A stretch of DNA of 64,000 bases from Planctomycetia bacterium (GTDB lineage Bacteria; Planctomycetota; Planctomycetia; Gemmatales; HRBIN36): the NCBI GenBank assembly GCA_016795155.1, contig JAEUIE010000015.1, positions 163,178 through 227,177 of the forward strand, given 5' to 3'. Shown here in pieces: positions 28,172 through 39,715 of the stretch (the first letter of the stretch is position 1; the number at the start of each line of letters is the position of its first letter). The notes under the pieces are model-generated. The model was given only the letters and a program-made list of their open reading frames with translations. It searched no databases and was not told where the DNA came from. The translations under genes and the position numbers were made by a program.

Positions 28172-29299
28172 TCATGGTGTGGTCGGAGGAGCCCAGATGG
28201 TAGCTGCAATGTAACGAAATTCACTGGATGTATCATTAAAATAGTAGACGGTAACCAGTTTACCATCGCTTCGAAGAACGGTACGTGGATAGCCCAGATC
28301 CCAATTGCCTCCATCTTTGCGCAGGATGATATCCTGGCTCCAGGTTTTGCCCTGGTCGCTGCTGATCTTGGCTCTGATGCCAAAAGGAGCACGGCGATAG
28401 CCGTACGTCACTACCAGTCTGCCATCAGGCAATTTCAGCATATGAGCCGGGTTGCCTGCATTGTCAATGCGGTTATCTTCTTCCAGTTTCCAGGTCCTTC
28501 CGTTATCTGATGAGCGATAGGGTTCAATCCACCAGCTTTTGGTCTGATCTGAATCAGCACGTCGGCGAATGAAAGAAAGCAACTCATTCGCTGACAACCG
28601 CACGGTGGATGGCATGATGGAGTAGCCACCTTTTCCGGGCTGAGTTCCGATCCACGACTGGAACTGCCAGGTCTTGCCGCCGTCTTTGGTATGAGCTGCA
28701 AAGGGCCAGCCTTCGTTGCCATCTTCTTTGGCAGCGGTGAGGTAAGCTGTCATTTCATGCTTGCCCTGTATTTCGTAATCGGAGCGGGCAAATATCCCCT
28801 TGCGATCAAATGTGGGCAACAAATATGGGCCATGCCAGGTTTTGCAGCGGTCATTGGACCAGTAGAAGTGTGAGTAGCCGTGGTTGCTACCCTTCATGCG
28901 AAATTGCATGGCAAAATCGGTATGTTTGAAATCAATGCTCTCGGTGCAGGGTTGGGGAGTAGCTTCTTTACCTTCCTTATTGAGGTATGAAGGCAGTTCG
29001 ATTTTCCAGGTTCTGCCACCATCCACGCTGCGTGCAAATCGGGGCACCTGCGGCTGATTGCCGTCAATAGTGTGGCCGTTGGGATTATCCTTGTGGTAGC
29101 CTAGTGTAAAACCAACAACAATTTCACTGCCCCAGTTCCAGATGCCATTGTTGGCAGGCCAGCCGCCAAAGCGACCATTTTCGCGGAAGACTATGGAGTT
29201 CTCAGCCTTCACGTCGTGGTGCATCAGTGCAGGTGACAGGAGGCATGCGATCAGGAAAGTGAATGAATGCATAACATCATTGGCCTTGCAGGAGTTCAA
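28172..29299 (-). CDS. Secreted BNR/Asp-box repeat protein (sialidase-like fold)
   Basis: Five Asp-boxes: SVDGGRTW, SNDRCKTW, TKDGGKTW, SSDNGRTW, SSDQGKTW. Signal MHSFTFLIACLLSPALM; the start may be the internal ATG at 29272. Confidence 0.75.
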   Translation of the reverse strand: MNSCKANDVMHSFTFLIACLLSPALMHHDVKAENSIVFRENGRFGGWPANNGIWNWGSEIVVGFTLGYHKDNPNGHTIDGNQPQVPRFARSVDGGRTWKIELPSYLNKEGKEATPQPCTESIDFKHTDFAMQFRMKGSNHGYSHFYWSNDRCKTWHGPYLLPTFDRKGIFARSDYEIQGKHEMTAYLTAAKEDGNEGWPFAAHTKDGGKTWQFQSWIGTQPGKGGYSIMPSTVRLSANELLSFIRRRADSDQTKSWWIEPYRSSDNGRTWKLEEDNRIDNAGNPAHMLKLPDGRLVVTYGYRRAPFGIRAKISSDQGKTWSQDIILRKDGGNWDLGYPRTVLRSDGKLVTVYYFNDTSSEFRYIAATIWAPPTTP

Positions 29300-29347
29300 C
29301 TCTGGAGAGGTTCATTATAACATCTTCTGGCAGAGTCGATAAAGATT

Positions 29348-30541
29348 GTGAGTGACATGAAGATCAAGTGCAAGCCCGATGACTTTCGAGTGGAAGAATT
29401 GACAACGTGCGAAGCGGGTAGCGTAGGGGAATTCACTTATTATCAGTTGGAAAAGCGGAGCATCGGCACACCGGAAGCCTTGAAGCAGCTTTGTACCGCC
29501 TGGCGTGTTGATCAGAAACGTGTTCGCTATGGTGGATTGAAAGACCGGCACGCACACACCATGCAGTATCTGACCATTGAACACGGCCCGCAGCGAGACT
29601 ATCAGGATCAATTGATCTCCGTTCGCTGTCTGGGGAAGCTCCAAGAGCCTTTTGGTCCACAATCATTTCATGGCAATCACTTTACTATTGTGATGAGGGA
29701 TGTTTCCAAAGAGGAATATCCACTTATCATGCATGAGCTTGAAGCAATCAATCAGACGCTTATTGGCAATTATTTTGACGACCAACGGTTTGGATCAGTG
29801 AGCAGCGATCAGCAATATGTCGTCCGAGCATTGATTGATGGCAATGAAGAACTGGCGCTTCGGCTGGCACTGACCACCTACTATGAGCACGATAAATCAA
29901 AAGAGAAAAGAGCCAAACAACTGCTTACACAAGAGTGGGGTAACTGGAAATCATTGTCGAATAAACTGCCTCCAGGATATCTGCAGGGGATTGCAAGGCA
30001 TCTTGCACAGCAGCCTGATGATTATCGTCGGGCGTTTACACTTATCCCATATTTCTTGCGAAACATGTATCTGTCTGCTTATCAAAGTCATCTTTGGAAT
30101 CGGATGTTGCATGCATGGATCATGACTCATTTCCCTCAGGAACATTCAGGCTTCATTCAGCAGAAACATCATCAGTTAGCCATGCCGGGACTTTTGGATG
30201 AGGAAACCCGAATTCAGTTGAAGGAACTGACGATTCCACTGCCATCATCCCGTTGTGAACCGTTGGCAGGTCATCCAGCGGAAGAGGCAATTCAATCAGT
30301 ATTGGCTCAAGAAGGGCTGAGCATGAAGGCTATTCAACTGAAGCAATATCGCGAACCATTCTTTTCGAAGGGAAATCGCAATGCGTTTTATCAGCCTGCA
30401 GAGTTTGCATTTGAAACAGGCTGGGACAAGCTGCACAAGGGCCATCGCAAAATAACGATGAAATTTTCCCTGCCCCGCGGGTCGTATGCAACGCTGCTGG
30501 TCAAGCGGGTTACGACATGGAAGAGGATTTCTGAATCGTAA
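29348..30541 (+). CDS. truD: tRNA pseudouridine(13) synthase TruD
   Basis: KCKPDDFRVEEL at the N-terminus and the catalytic-Asp motif YGGLKDRHAHT. 397 aa. The start is GTG 29348 or ATG 29357. Confidence 0.8.
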   Translation: MSDMKIKCKPDDFRVEELTTCEAGSVGEFTYYQLEKRSIGTPEALKQLCTAWRVDQKRVRYGGLKDRHAHTMQYLTIEHGPQRDYQDQLISVRCLGKLQEPFGPQSFHGNHFTIVMRDVSKEEYPLIMHELEAINQTLIGNYFDDQRFGSVSSDQQYVVRALIDGNEELALRLALTTYYEHDKSKEKRAKQLLTQEWGNWKSLSNKLPPGYLQGIARHLAQQPDDYRRAFTLIPYFLRNMYLSAYQSHLWNRMLHAWIMTHFPQEHSGFIQQKHHQLAMPGLLDEETRIQLKELTIPLPSSRCEPLAGHPAEEAIQSVLAQEGLSMKAIQLKQYREPFFSKGNRNAFYQPAEFAFETGWDKLHKGHRKITMKFSLPRGSYATLLVKRVTTWKRISES

Positions 30542-30582
30542 TTCATCTCGATTTCAAGGCAGGGTTGTTTTACACTTTTATC

Positions 30583-31173
30583 ATGAGTGATATGACACAA
30601 ATCCTTAACGCACTGGATGCAGGAGATCAGTCTGCTGCTGGTTCGCTATTCCCGCTGGTCTATGACCAGTTACGCAACCTGGCGGCATTCCATATGTCGA
30701 GCGAGGCAGTGCAGCATACTTTGCAGCCGACAGCCTTGGTGCATGAAGCATTCATGCGGCTGATGCAGGCTGAAAGCGGTTCGACGCCTATTTCCTTTAC
30801 CAGCCGCAGACATTTCTTTCTGGCAGCATCAGAAGCGATGCGACGCATCCTGATTGATCATGCCCGTGGCAAAGGTCGAGTAAAGCGAGGAGGCAAGCTA
30901 GCGCGAATGCCACTCGAAGATATTGCCGGTACGCTGACGGACCCTGGAGAACTGCTTTGCGTGAATGAACTGCTCGACAAGTTTGCGGAGAAATGGCCAA
31001 GGCGAGCGGAGCTTGTTAAACTGCGACTTTTCTCCGGCTGCACTATTCCAGAGTGTGGCGAGTTGCTGGGTATCTCCGCTTCCACGGCGGAAGACGATTG
31101 GACTTATGCCCGGGCCTGGCTGGGACGTGAATGGATGAAGTCGAAAGATCGTGACGATACTACCAGCGAGTAA
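30583..31173 (+). CDS. ECF sigma factor, planctomycete/TIGR02999-like type associated with Ser/Thr kinases
   Basis: MSDMTQILNALDAGDQSAAGSLFPLVYDQLRNLAAFHM...LQPTALVHEAFMRL...DDWTYARAWL. I prefer the ATG at 30583 over the track's TTG at 30565. Confidence 0.8.
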   Translation: MSDMTQILNALDAGDQSAAGSLFPLVYDQLRNLAAFHMSSEAVQHTLQPTALVHEAFMRLMQAESGSTPISFTSRRHFFLAASEAMRRILIDHARGKGRVKRGGKLARMPLEDIAGTLTDPGELLCVNELLDKFAEKWPRRAELVKLRLFSGCTIPECGELLGISASTAEDDWTYARAWLGREWMKSKDRDDTTSE

Positions 31174-31188
31174 TACTGCTTGATGCAT

Positions 31189-34100
31189 TTACTTGTTGTT
31201 TGAGATTGCCTGCAATTGTTCCTTCCAATGATTGACTGCATCAAGCTTATTCCAAGCCTGATACAACTGGATGCAGGAATGCATCAAATCGGCCTGCACT
31301 TCCCGATACACCAGTTTCTGTTCTCCCTTGGGATTAGATTGCTTCAGCATCTGCCATCCTTGATGCAACAGTTTCTCTGCTGGCTCGTACTGCCTGAGCC
31401 CCGTCAGTGTATCTGCATGGATAGTATTTAGCTTCGCCTGCTCCCATGCAGGTTTTCTTGATAAGCTTTGCTGCAGTTTCAAGCATTGCAGAATAAGTGG
31501 TTCTGCTTCAGTGTATTTTTTCTGCATATTCAAATTGTTGGCGAGTTGGGAAAGTGCAAATTGTTGTGCAGCAGGATCGGTACTAGACATCTCAGTTGAT
31601 AATTTTCTTCTTAACTCTTCAGCTTGTTCAGGTTTACCAAGCCGTTCGAGACTGTCTAGGTATCGAGTGACCGCAGTGAGTTGCTCTTGATTGGTTGCTT
31701 TGAAGGAGTTCTTCATCTCCTGCATCAAAGGTGAAAGTAGTTTTACAGCTTTGTCCATGTCACCAGCATATTGGTATGCAGTTGCCAGATGGAGCGTGGC
31801 TTTTCTGGTGTTCGTTGCCTGGGTACCTTCCTTGCCGAGCCAATATTGGTAGTACTTTTCGTAGACAGAAATGGCCTTGTTTGCATGCCCTTGTTTCTGA
31901 TATGCAAGAGCGAGATCAGGAATAATGGCCAGGGTGTCAAGATTCTGATCTCCACTTCGTTTGCGTCGTGCTTCGTATACCTTTTCGAGTAAAGCTATAG
32001 CCTTATCGTCCTGATCTTCTACAAGGTAAGCAGCTCCCAAAGAGTGCATGCTCATCAATGTGTATTCATGGTTGTCGCCAAACTTCTGGGTAATGGGTGT
32101 TATCGCCGGTTCCAGCAACTGGATTGCATCCTGGTGACGATTGCCTTTTCTCAAGCAGTTAGCCGTATGGATGCAATTAATCAAAGTCTCCGGATGCGTT
32201 TTGCCATAAAGGCTGGTGTAGATTCGTTCCAGCTTTTCGTACATCGGCAGGGCTTTGGTATGGTTCCCATCGAAGTTGTAACAGAGTGCCAGGATGCGTG
32301 TTAAATGCAAGGCAACAGCATGATCTTCAGAAAGAATTTTAATGGCTGTTGCGTAATCAGGCTCAAGCAGCTTGATGGCTTCAGGAACATTGCCGGTTCT
32401 GGCGATGACATATGCCAACTCCGCCCGACTCGACATGACGTACTCATTATCCTTTCCATACTTTCTTGTTCTTCGTTCAATCAGTTTTTCCCAAAACTCT
32501 TTCGCCTGCGGATAGTGTCCCAGTGAAGTATGAGCAGCAGCCAGGCGATGGAGTGTATCGAGTGTCTGCTTTTCATCTTCTCCAAGGAGTCGTTCTTCTT
32601 CCTTAAGAATTCCAGGCAGCAAAGATATTGCTTCTCGATAGTTGCCGATCCGGACCAGAACATCCGCCAACTCTGATTTGTATAGCGGAATAATCGATGG
32701 ATCAACATCCTGAATAGGCTCAATCAATTCAACAGCACGTTTGAAATGTGCAACTGCCTGTCGATGCTCTCCTACTTTGACAAGCGATCTGCCGAGGGTT
32801 CTGCGAATGACTGCTTCGTGATATGGTTTATCCGTAAATCGTCCTTCGATGGATATGGCTGCGTTCTGAATGGCATCAGTCAGTGAAATCTGAGGATTAA
32901 CTTTCTGTCCGCGCGATTTCTGCCATGCTGGGTCGGCCTGGCGGAAGACATCAACCAGGAAAAAATCAATAATCGAATTGGATATCTTAATCTGCTCATC
33001 CGTTTTCTTTTTTTCCTTTTCAACCTGTTCAAGGCGTGTTTTGGCAACCGATTCTGCTTCCGATGCAGCGTTGGCATGTTCTTCCGATTTGAACATCGCC
33101 CAGGTGGTGCCCGTTAAGCCGGTCAGCAGAGCCAGGACTACTAATGAAGCAGCAACAACAAAGCCACGGTTCTTGACCACAAATTTCTTCAATCGATAAC
33201 TGGCAGATGCGGGGCGTGCCAGAACAGGTTCATCAGCGAGGTATCGCATCAGATCCTGAGCCAAGGCTTCAGCTGAGGTGTATCTGCTTTCGCGATCCTT
33301 TTCCAGCGCTTTCATCACAATCGAGTCAAGATCACCTCTAATCACCGAAGATCGAGAAGTGCTGGCTGAACCCAGAAGTGAATCACGCTTCATCACGGCA
33401 ATACTTGGCTTGGCTGGCTCTCGTTGCCGAATCGCCTGCAGCATCGAAGACAGTCCCGTCTTTTCAAAATCTGATCGTGGAAAAGGAACGGTGTCGGTCA
33501 GTATTTCGTACAGAATGATTCCCAGAGAATAGATATCTGAGCGTGTATCGATATCGGCTCCAAACGCTGACTGCTCAGGCGACATGTATTCAGGAGTCCC
33601 CACCAAGGCACCAAATTCGGTCTGCAACAGGGGATTCAGGTTTTTGTCCTCAAGCGATTTCACTGTACCGAAATCGATGATGCGAGGAACAGGCTTGCCA
33701 TCGACCGTGGTAACCAGAATATTGCTTGGTTTCAGGTCGCGATGAATGACACCTTTCTGATGAGCATGATGAATAGCCTGGCAAATCTGAATCATGATCA
33801 ACAGCCGAGCCTTCATGGATGATTCGGAAGACTTGAAATACCGAGTCAGGGTTTCACCCTGAATATACTCCATGACAAAATAGGGACTGCCATGTGCGGT
33901 GATGCCAGCATCAAAGACTCTGGCAATGCCTGGATGATTCATCAGCGCCAGTGCCCGCTGTTCCAGTTCAAACCTGGCCACCATGGATGGCAGAGCAATA
34001 TGCCCGCGAATAATCTTGATCGCTACCTGCCGCTGCACCGGTTCCAACTGATCTGCCAGGAAAACCGCACCCATGCCTCCTTCGCCCAGCAGTTTGTTGA

Positions 34101-34344
34101 TGCGATACTTGCCTTCAAACAGACAGCCTTGAGTCAACTGAGTGTGGAGTGATTCAACTCTGGTATCAGTGGAAGCAGTGTCAGTATGCTTTGATGCAGC
34201 GCCTTCATATAGCTGATGAGCCTGCAGCAGATGAACAATATCCTGACGCAATAGCGTATTGCCATTGCAAGCACTTTCCAGAAACGCATCACGTTCGGAC
34301 AAAGGCAGCTTGCAAGCCACTAGGAATATTTCACTTTCCTGCAT
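31189..34344 (-). CDS. Membrane Ser/Thr protein kinase with a large extracytoplasmic TPR domain (1051 aa)
   Basis: Hanks kinase motifs GEGGMGAVFLA, VAIK, HRDLKPSNIL, DFG and GTPEYMSPE. One TM segment (GFVVAASLVVLALLTGLTG). About 630 aa of TPR-like repeats follow. Confidence 0.9.
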   Translation of the reverse strand: MQESEIFLVACKLPLSERDAFLESACNGNTLLRQDIVHLLQAHQLYEGAASKHTDTASTDTRVESLHTQLTQGCLFEGKYRINKLLGEGGMGAVFLADQLEPVQRQVAIKIIRGHIALPSMVARFELEQRALALMNHPGIARVFDAGITAHGSPYFVMEYIQGETLTRYFKSSESSMKARLLIMIQICQAIHHAHQKGVIHRDLKPSNILVTTVDGKPVPRIIDFGTVKSLEDKNLNPLLQTEFGALVGTPEYMSPEQSAFGADIDTRSDIYSLGIILYEILTDTVPFPRSDFEKTGLSSMLQAIRQREPAKPSIAVMKRDSLLGSASTSRSSVIRGDLDSIVMKALEKDRESRYTSAEALAQDLMRYLADEPVLARPASASYRLKKFVVKNRGFVVAASLVVLALLTGLTGTTWAMFKSEEHANAASEAESVAKTRLEQVEKEKKKTDEQIKISNSIIDFFLVDVFRQADPAWQKSRGQKVNPQISLTDAIQNAAISIEGRFTDKPYHEAVIRRTLGRSLVKVGEHRQAVAHFKRAVELIEPIQDVDPSIIPLYKSELADVLVRIGNYREAISLLPGILKEEERLLGEDEKQTLDTLHRLAAAHTSLGHYPQAKEFWEKLIERRTRKYGKDNEYVMSSRAELAYVIARTGNVPEAIKLLEPDYATAIKILSEDHAVALHLTRILALCYNFDGNHTKALPMYEKLERIYTSLYGKTHPETLINCIHTANCLRKGNRHQDAIQLLEPAITPITQKFGDNHEYTLMSMHSLGAAYLVEDQDDKAIALLEKVYEARRKRSGDQNLDTLAIIPDLALAYQKQGHANKAISVYEKYYQYWLGKEGTQATNTRKATLHLATAYQYAGDMDKAVKLLSPLMQEMKNSFKATNQEQLTAVTRYLDSLERLGKPEQAEELRRKLSTEMSSTDPAAQQFALSQLANNLNMQKKYTEAEPLILQCLKLQQSLSRKPAWEQAKLNTIHADTLTGLRQYEPAEKLLHQGWQMLKQSNPKGEQKLVYREVQADLMHSCIQLYQAWNKLDAVNHWKEQLQAISNNK

Positions 34345-34509
34345 ACTAACCTCGTGTTTCAGTTAATACAGGTTCTGCAAGGATCATAGTAATATCGTGG
34401 TAATCATATCGTGTACTAAGATAAGCGATAATCCGCCAGAAAATCCCCGTCTTGTTTGAGTTCAACTATCCTGGAAATGAGATTTTTAAGAAACAGGTAT
34501 GATTCATTT

Positions 34510-35001
34510 TCAGTCTTTGATCGTCCGCCATGCTTTTCGGATTTTCTGTTCAATTTCTTCATTGCCAACCAGGTGATACATCTGTTTGAGGAACAATCGC
34601 AGCCTGTCTGATTTTCCAGGTGGTCTGTATCGATCGACAATATCGAGCAGCCACTGCGCCGTAGCTTCATCCTTTACCTTAACAAAGAGATGATCCCTGA
34701 TATTACCGCCAACGAGGTAACTTATATTGGCTTCTGGAACTTCATAAGGTGGGCAGAGATGCCAGCCATCGCCCTGCACTACCGTTTTGCCGCGATATTC
34801 TTTAACCCGCGTGCTGGCTGTGAAAGTACTCCACACAAAATAACGGCGTGGCAAACCGTAACTGATGACAGTGACTACCTGACCACTGATATCATCTTCG
34901 GTCACGAGTCTGCCGTACAGCGGACCGAATTCCAGGCGATGAGGCAATTGTCCTTCCACATTCACGTTCATGTAATGGAGATGGACGGGTACATCGGGCA
35001 C
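34510..35001 (-). CDS. Hypothetical protein (163 aa), GTG start
   Basis: An open frame with protein-like composition. AGGGA lies about 9 nt upstream of the GTG. I recognise no motif. It lies 165 nt upstream of the kinase on the same strand. Confidence 0.4.
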   Translation of the reverse strand: MPDVPVHLHYMNVNVEGQLPHRLEFGPLYGRLVTEDDISGQVVTVISYGLPRRYFVWSTFTASTRVKEYRGKTVVQGDGWHLCPPYEVPEANISYLVGGNIRDHLFVKVKDEATAQWLLDIVDRYRPPGKSDRLRLFLKQMYHLVGNEEIEQKIRKAWRTIKD

Positions 35002-35219
35002 TGACAGATTCCCTGCGATTTCCGCAACAACCGTTGCCGATATTCAGCTGAAAATACCATTGCGTGCCGTAGTCGTCGAGCATAAAGTGCCAGCAAATTC
35101 GTACTATTTCAACCAAATGAGCAGCCTTGGAACGATTATTCTTTGCAATTTGGATGTCCATTCGAAACAATACTCGCTGATGGTTGATCTACGAAGTTTT
35201 CAGCCCGCGAAAGTTACCC

Positions 35220-36125
35220 ATGATGAATCGACGAACTGCAATGATCTCACTTCTCTCTGTGGTGCCTTCAAGCATCGTGTTTCTGATGCAGCCAGAAAGT
35301 GTGGCATCGGAAAACCCTTTACAACTGAAGCTGACATTACGATCAAGAGCATCTGCGCCCGGACAGCCAGCGGTAGCTGCTTCAATGAAGCCGGTTTCAT
35401 GGAATCCACATAAGACGGCGATCATTGTCTGCGATATGTGGGATCAACACTGGTGCAAATCCGCTGCTCAGCGGGTAAACGAACTGGCCGTGCCCATGAA
35501 TGAGATGCTTAAGACAGCCCGTTCGCAAGGCGTGAAGATCATTCATGCTCCCAGCACTTGCATGGATTTCTATAAGAACAGCGGGCAACGACGTCATGCC
35601 ATGGAGGCTCCTTTTCATCAAACGCCGATTCCGCTGGCAACTACCCAGCGATGGGGCACAGCCTGGTGCTGGCCTGACAAATCGCGAGAAGGAGTTCTGC
35701 CCATCGATGATTCCGACATGGGATGCGACTGCGAGAAGAAATGCGAAATACGATCACCGTGGACTCGGCAAAATTCTCTCATTGAAATTGCGGATCAAGA
35801 CGCGATCACCGACAACGGCCAGGAAACCTGGAACCTGCAATGTCAGCATCAGATCGACCATGTGATCTTGTGTGGCGTGCATTTGAACATGTGTGTCTTG
35901 GGCAGGCCCTTTGCTATCAGGCAAATGGTCAAACTCGGCAAAGATGTCGCCTTAATGCGGGATATGACCGATACGATGTACAACCCAGAGAGACCCCCAT
36001 GCCAGACGCACTTTGCTGGCACGGATCTAGTGGTTGAACATGTGGAGCGTTACTGGTGTCCCAGCTTTCTGAGCAGTGATATTACTGGTAAGCCTGCATT
36101 TCGATTCAAAGGTGATACACGCTGA
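35220..36125 (+). CDS. Isochorismatase-family (cysteine hydrolase) protein with N-terminal export signal
   Basis: TAIIVCDMWDQHWC and VILCGVHLNMCVL fit the isochorismatase fold. N-terminus MMNRRTAMISLLSVVPSSIVFLM. I prefer the ATG at 35220 over the track's 35184. Confidence 0.6.
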   Translation: MMNRRTAMISLLSVVPSSIVFLMQPESVASENPLQLKLTLRSRASAPGQPAVAASMKPVSWNPHKTAIIVCDMWDQHWCKSAAQRVNELAVPMNEMLKTARSQGVKIIHAPSTCMDFYKNSGQRRHAMEAPFHQTPIPLATTQRWGTAWCWPDKSREGVLPIDDSDMGCDCEKKCEIRSPWTRQNSLIEIADQDAITDNGQETWNLQCQHQIDHVILCGVHLNMCVLGRPFAIRQMVKLGKDVALMRDMTDTMYNPERPPCQTHFAGTDLVVEHVERYWCPSFLSSDITGKPAFRFKGDTR

Positions 36126-36144
36126 GAGCAGTCTTAAAAGAAAA

Positions 36145-36173
36145 ACGCCGCGCTGACATTGTCAGCGCGGCGT
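36145..36173. terminator. Bidirectional hairpin terminator between the convergent isochorismatase-like gene and katG
   Basis: acgccgcgctgac / att / gtcagcgcggcgt is a perfect 13-bp GC-rich stem, flanked by aaaaa on the left and atgtattt on the right. Confidence 0.7.
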
Positions 36174-36194
36174 ATGTATTTGTATCCAATCTTG

Positions 36195-38582
<2,388 letters not shown>

Positions 38583-38699
38583 TTACGTTCTCCCTGGAAT
38601 TCGAGATTCTGCAAGGCAGTCGGTATGCTGAACATCAGCCTTGCTCCAAACATTAGTATCGCGAAAACCGAACTTGCGTCCAATGCATTGCAAGGATAA

Positions 38700-38724
38700 C
38701 TGCTATGCATAAAATGCATAGCAG
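38700..38724. promoter_or_regulatory. Perfect 11-bp-arm palindrome (LysR/OxyR-type T-N11-A box) in the katG-oxyR intergenic region
   Basis: ctgctatgcat-aaa-atgcatagcag contains ATGC-N7-GCAT (T-N11-A). A third ATGCAT hexamer lies at 38683-38688. Confidence 0.5.
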
Positions 38725-38752
38725 AACAATAAATTGGACAAGGAGATTCTAT

Positions 38753-39631
38753 TTGGAACTGGAACAATTGCGACATTTTCTGAAAGTAGCGGAACTCGAA
38801 AATTTCTCTCGCGCTGCCGAGCATATTCAGTTATCTCAGCCATCGCTCAGCAGGTCGATTGCCAGGCTCGAGGAAGAACTGGGGCAACCACTCTTTGAGA
38901 GACAATCCCGCCGGGTTGTCCTCAATGACGCTGGTCGGCTCCTGCTGGATCATGCCCGCAATATCCTTCTGATGGCTGACGATGCCAAAGCTGAAATCTG
39001 CGATGATGGACAGTCAGGCAAAGTCCGCGTCGCCGCGATTCCTACCATCGCACCTTACTTTCTTCCCGAATGTCTGCAGTCGTTTCATCTGCAGTTTCCC
39101 AGGGCACATGTCATTGTGCAGGAAGATACAACCGATAATCTGTTGAAGAAGATCGCAGAAGGTGAAGTGGATATAGCCATCGCTGCCTTACCCATAACTG
39201 CGAAGTATGTCGAAGTAGAACCTCTGTTTGAAGAAGAGTTGCTACTAGTTACCAGTAACGGTCATCCACTCGCCCACAAGAAGGCCATTCGAGCCAATGA
39301 TATCGAAGAACTTCCCTTCGTGCTGCTCGGTGAAGCGCACTGTCTCTCAGATAATGTAATTACTTATTGTCGACAGAAATCGTTTCACCCTGTTTCCGTT
39401 GAACGTACGAGCCAGCTGACCATGGTGCAGGAACTTGTAACCCTGGGGCATGGCATCAGCCTCGTTCCCGCCATGGCGTGTGCTCGCGATACCAGCAACA
39501 CCCGTGTGTACCGTTCTCTGACCGGTCAGAAGCCCACTCGCATAATTGCCATGATTTCCAACCCATACCGTTATCACAGCAAGCTGGTGCGCCAATTTCA
39601 GGAACATGTAAAAAAAGGCTGGAAGGCGTAA
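38753..39631 (+). CDS. oxyR: LysR-family redox regulator OxyR
   Basis: [34 protein letters not shown]. Redox Cys pair in [12 protein letters not shown] with the same 9-residue spacing as E. coli C199/C208. Divergent from katG. I prefer the TTG at 38753 (perfect AAGGAG 7 nt upstream). The track's ATG at 38705 lies inside the palindrome. Confidence 0.8.
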   Translation: MELEQLRHFLKVAELENFSRAAEHIQLSQPSLSRSIARLEEELGQPLFERQSRRVVLNDAGRLLLDHARNILLMADDAKAEICDDGQSGKVRVAAIPTIAPYFLPECLQSFHLQFPRAHVIVQEDTTDNLLKKIAEGEVDIAIAALPITAKYVEVEPLFEEELLLVTSNGHPLAHKKAIRANDIEELPFVLLGEAHCLSDNVITYCRQKSFHPVSVERTSQLTMVQELVTLGHGISLVPAMACARDTSNTRVYRSLTGQKPTRIIAMISNPYRYHSKLVRQFQEHVKKGWKA

Positions 39632-39715
39632 TGGGGTAGTTTCGATTCAATTCAGTCCACCACAAGATGCCATGCAGTTCGGGCTACTCATTGGTGTCTA
39701 CTCACGCAAAACAGA

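Noticed and set aside
34416-34670. 84-aa minus-strand ORF overlapping the 3' end of the 163-aa hypothetical gene
   Set aside because: It is out of frame within a longer ORF, has no start context, and its composition is not protein-like.
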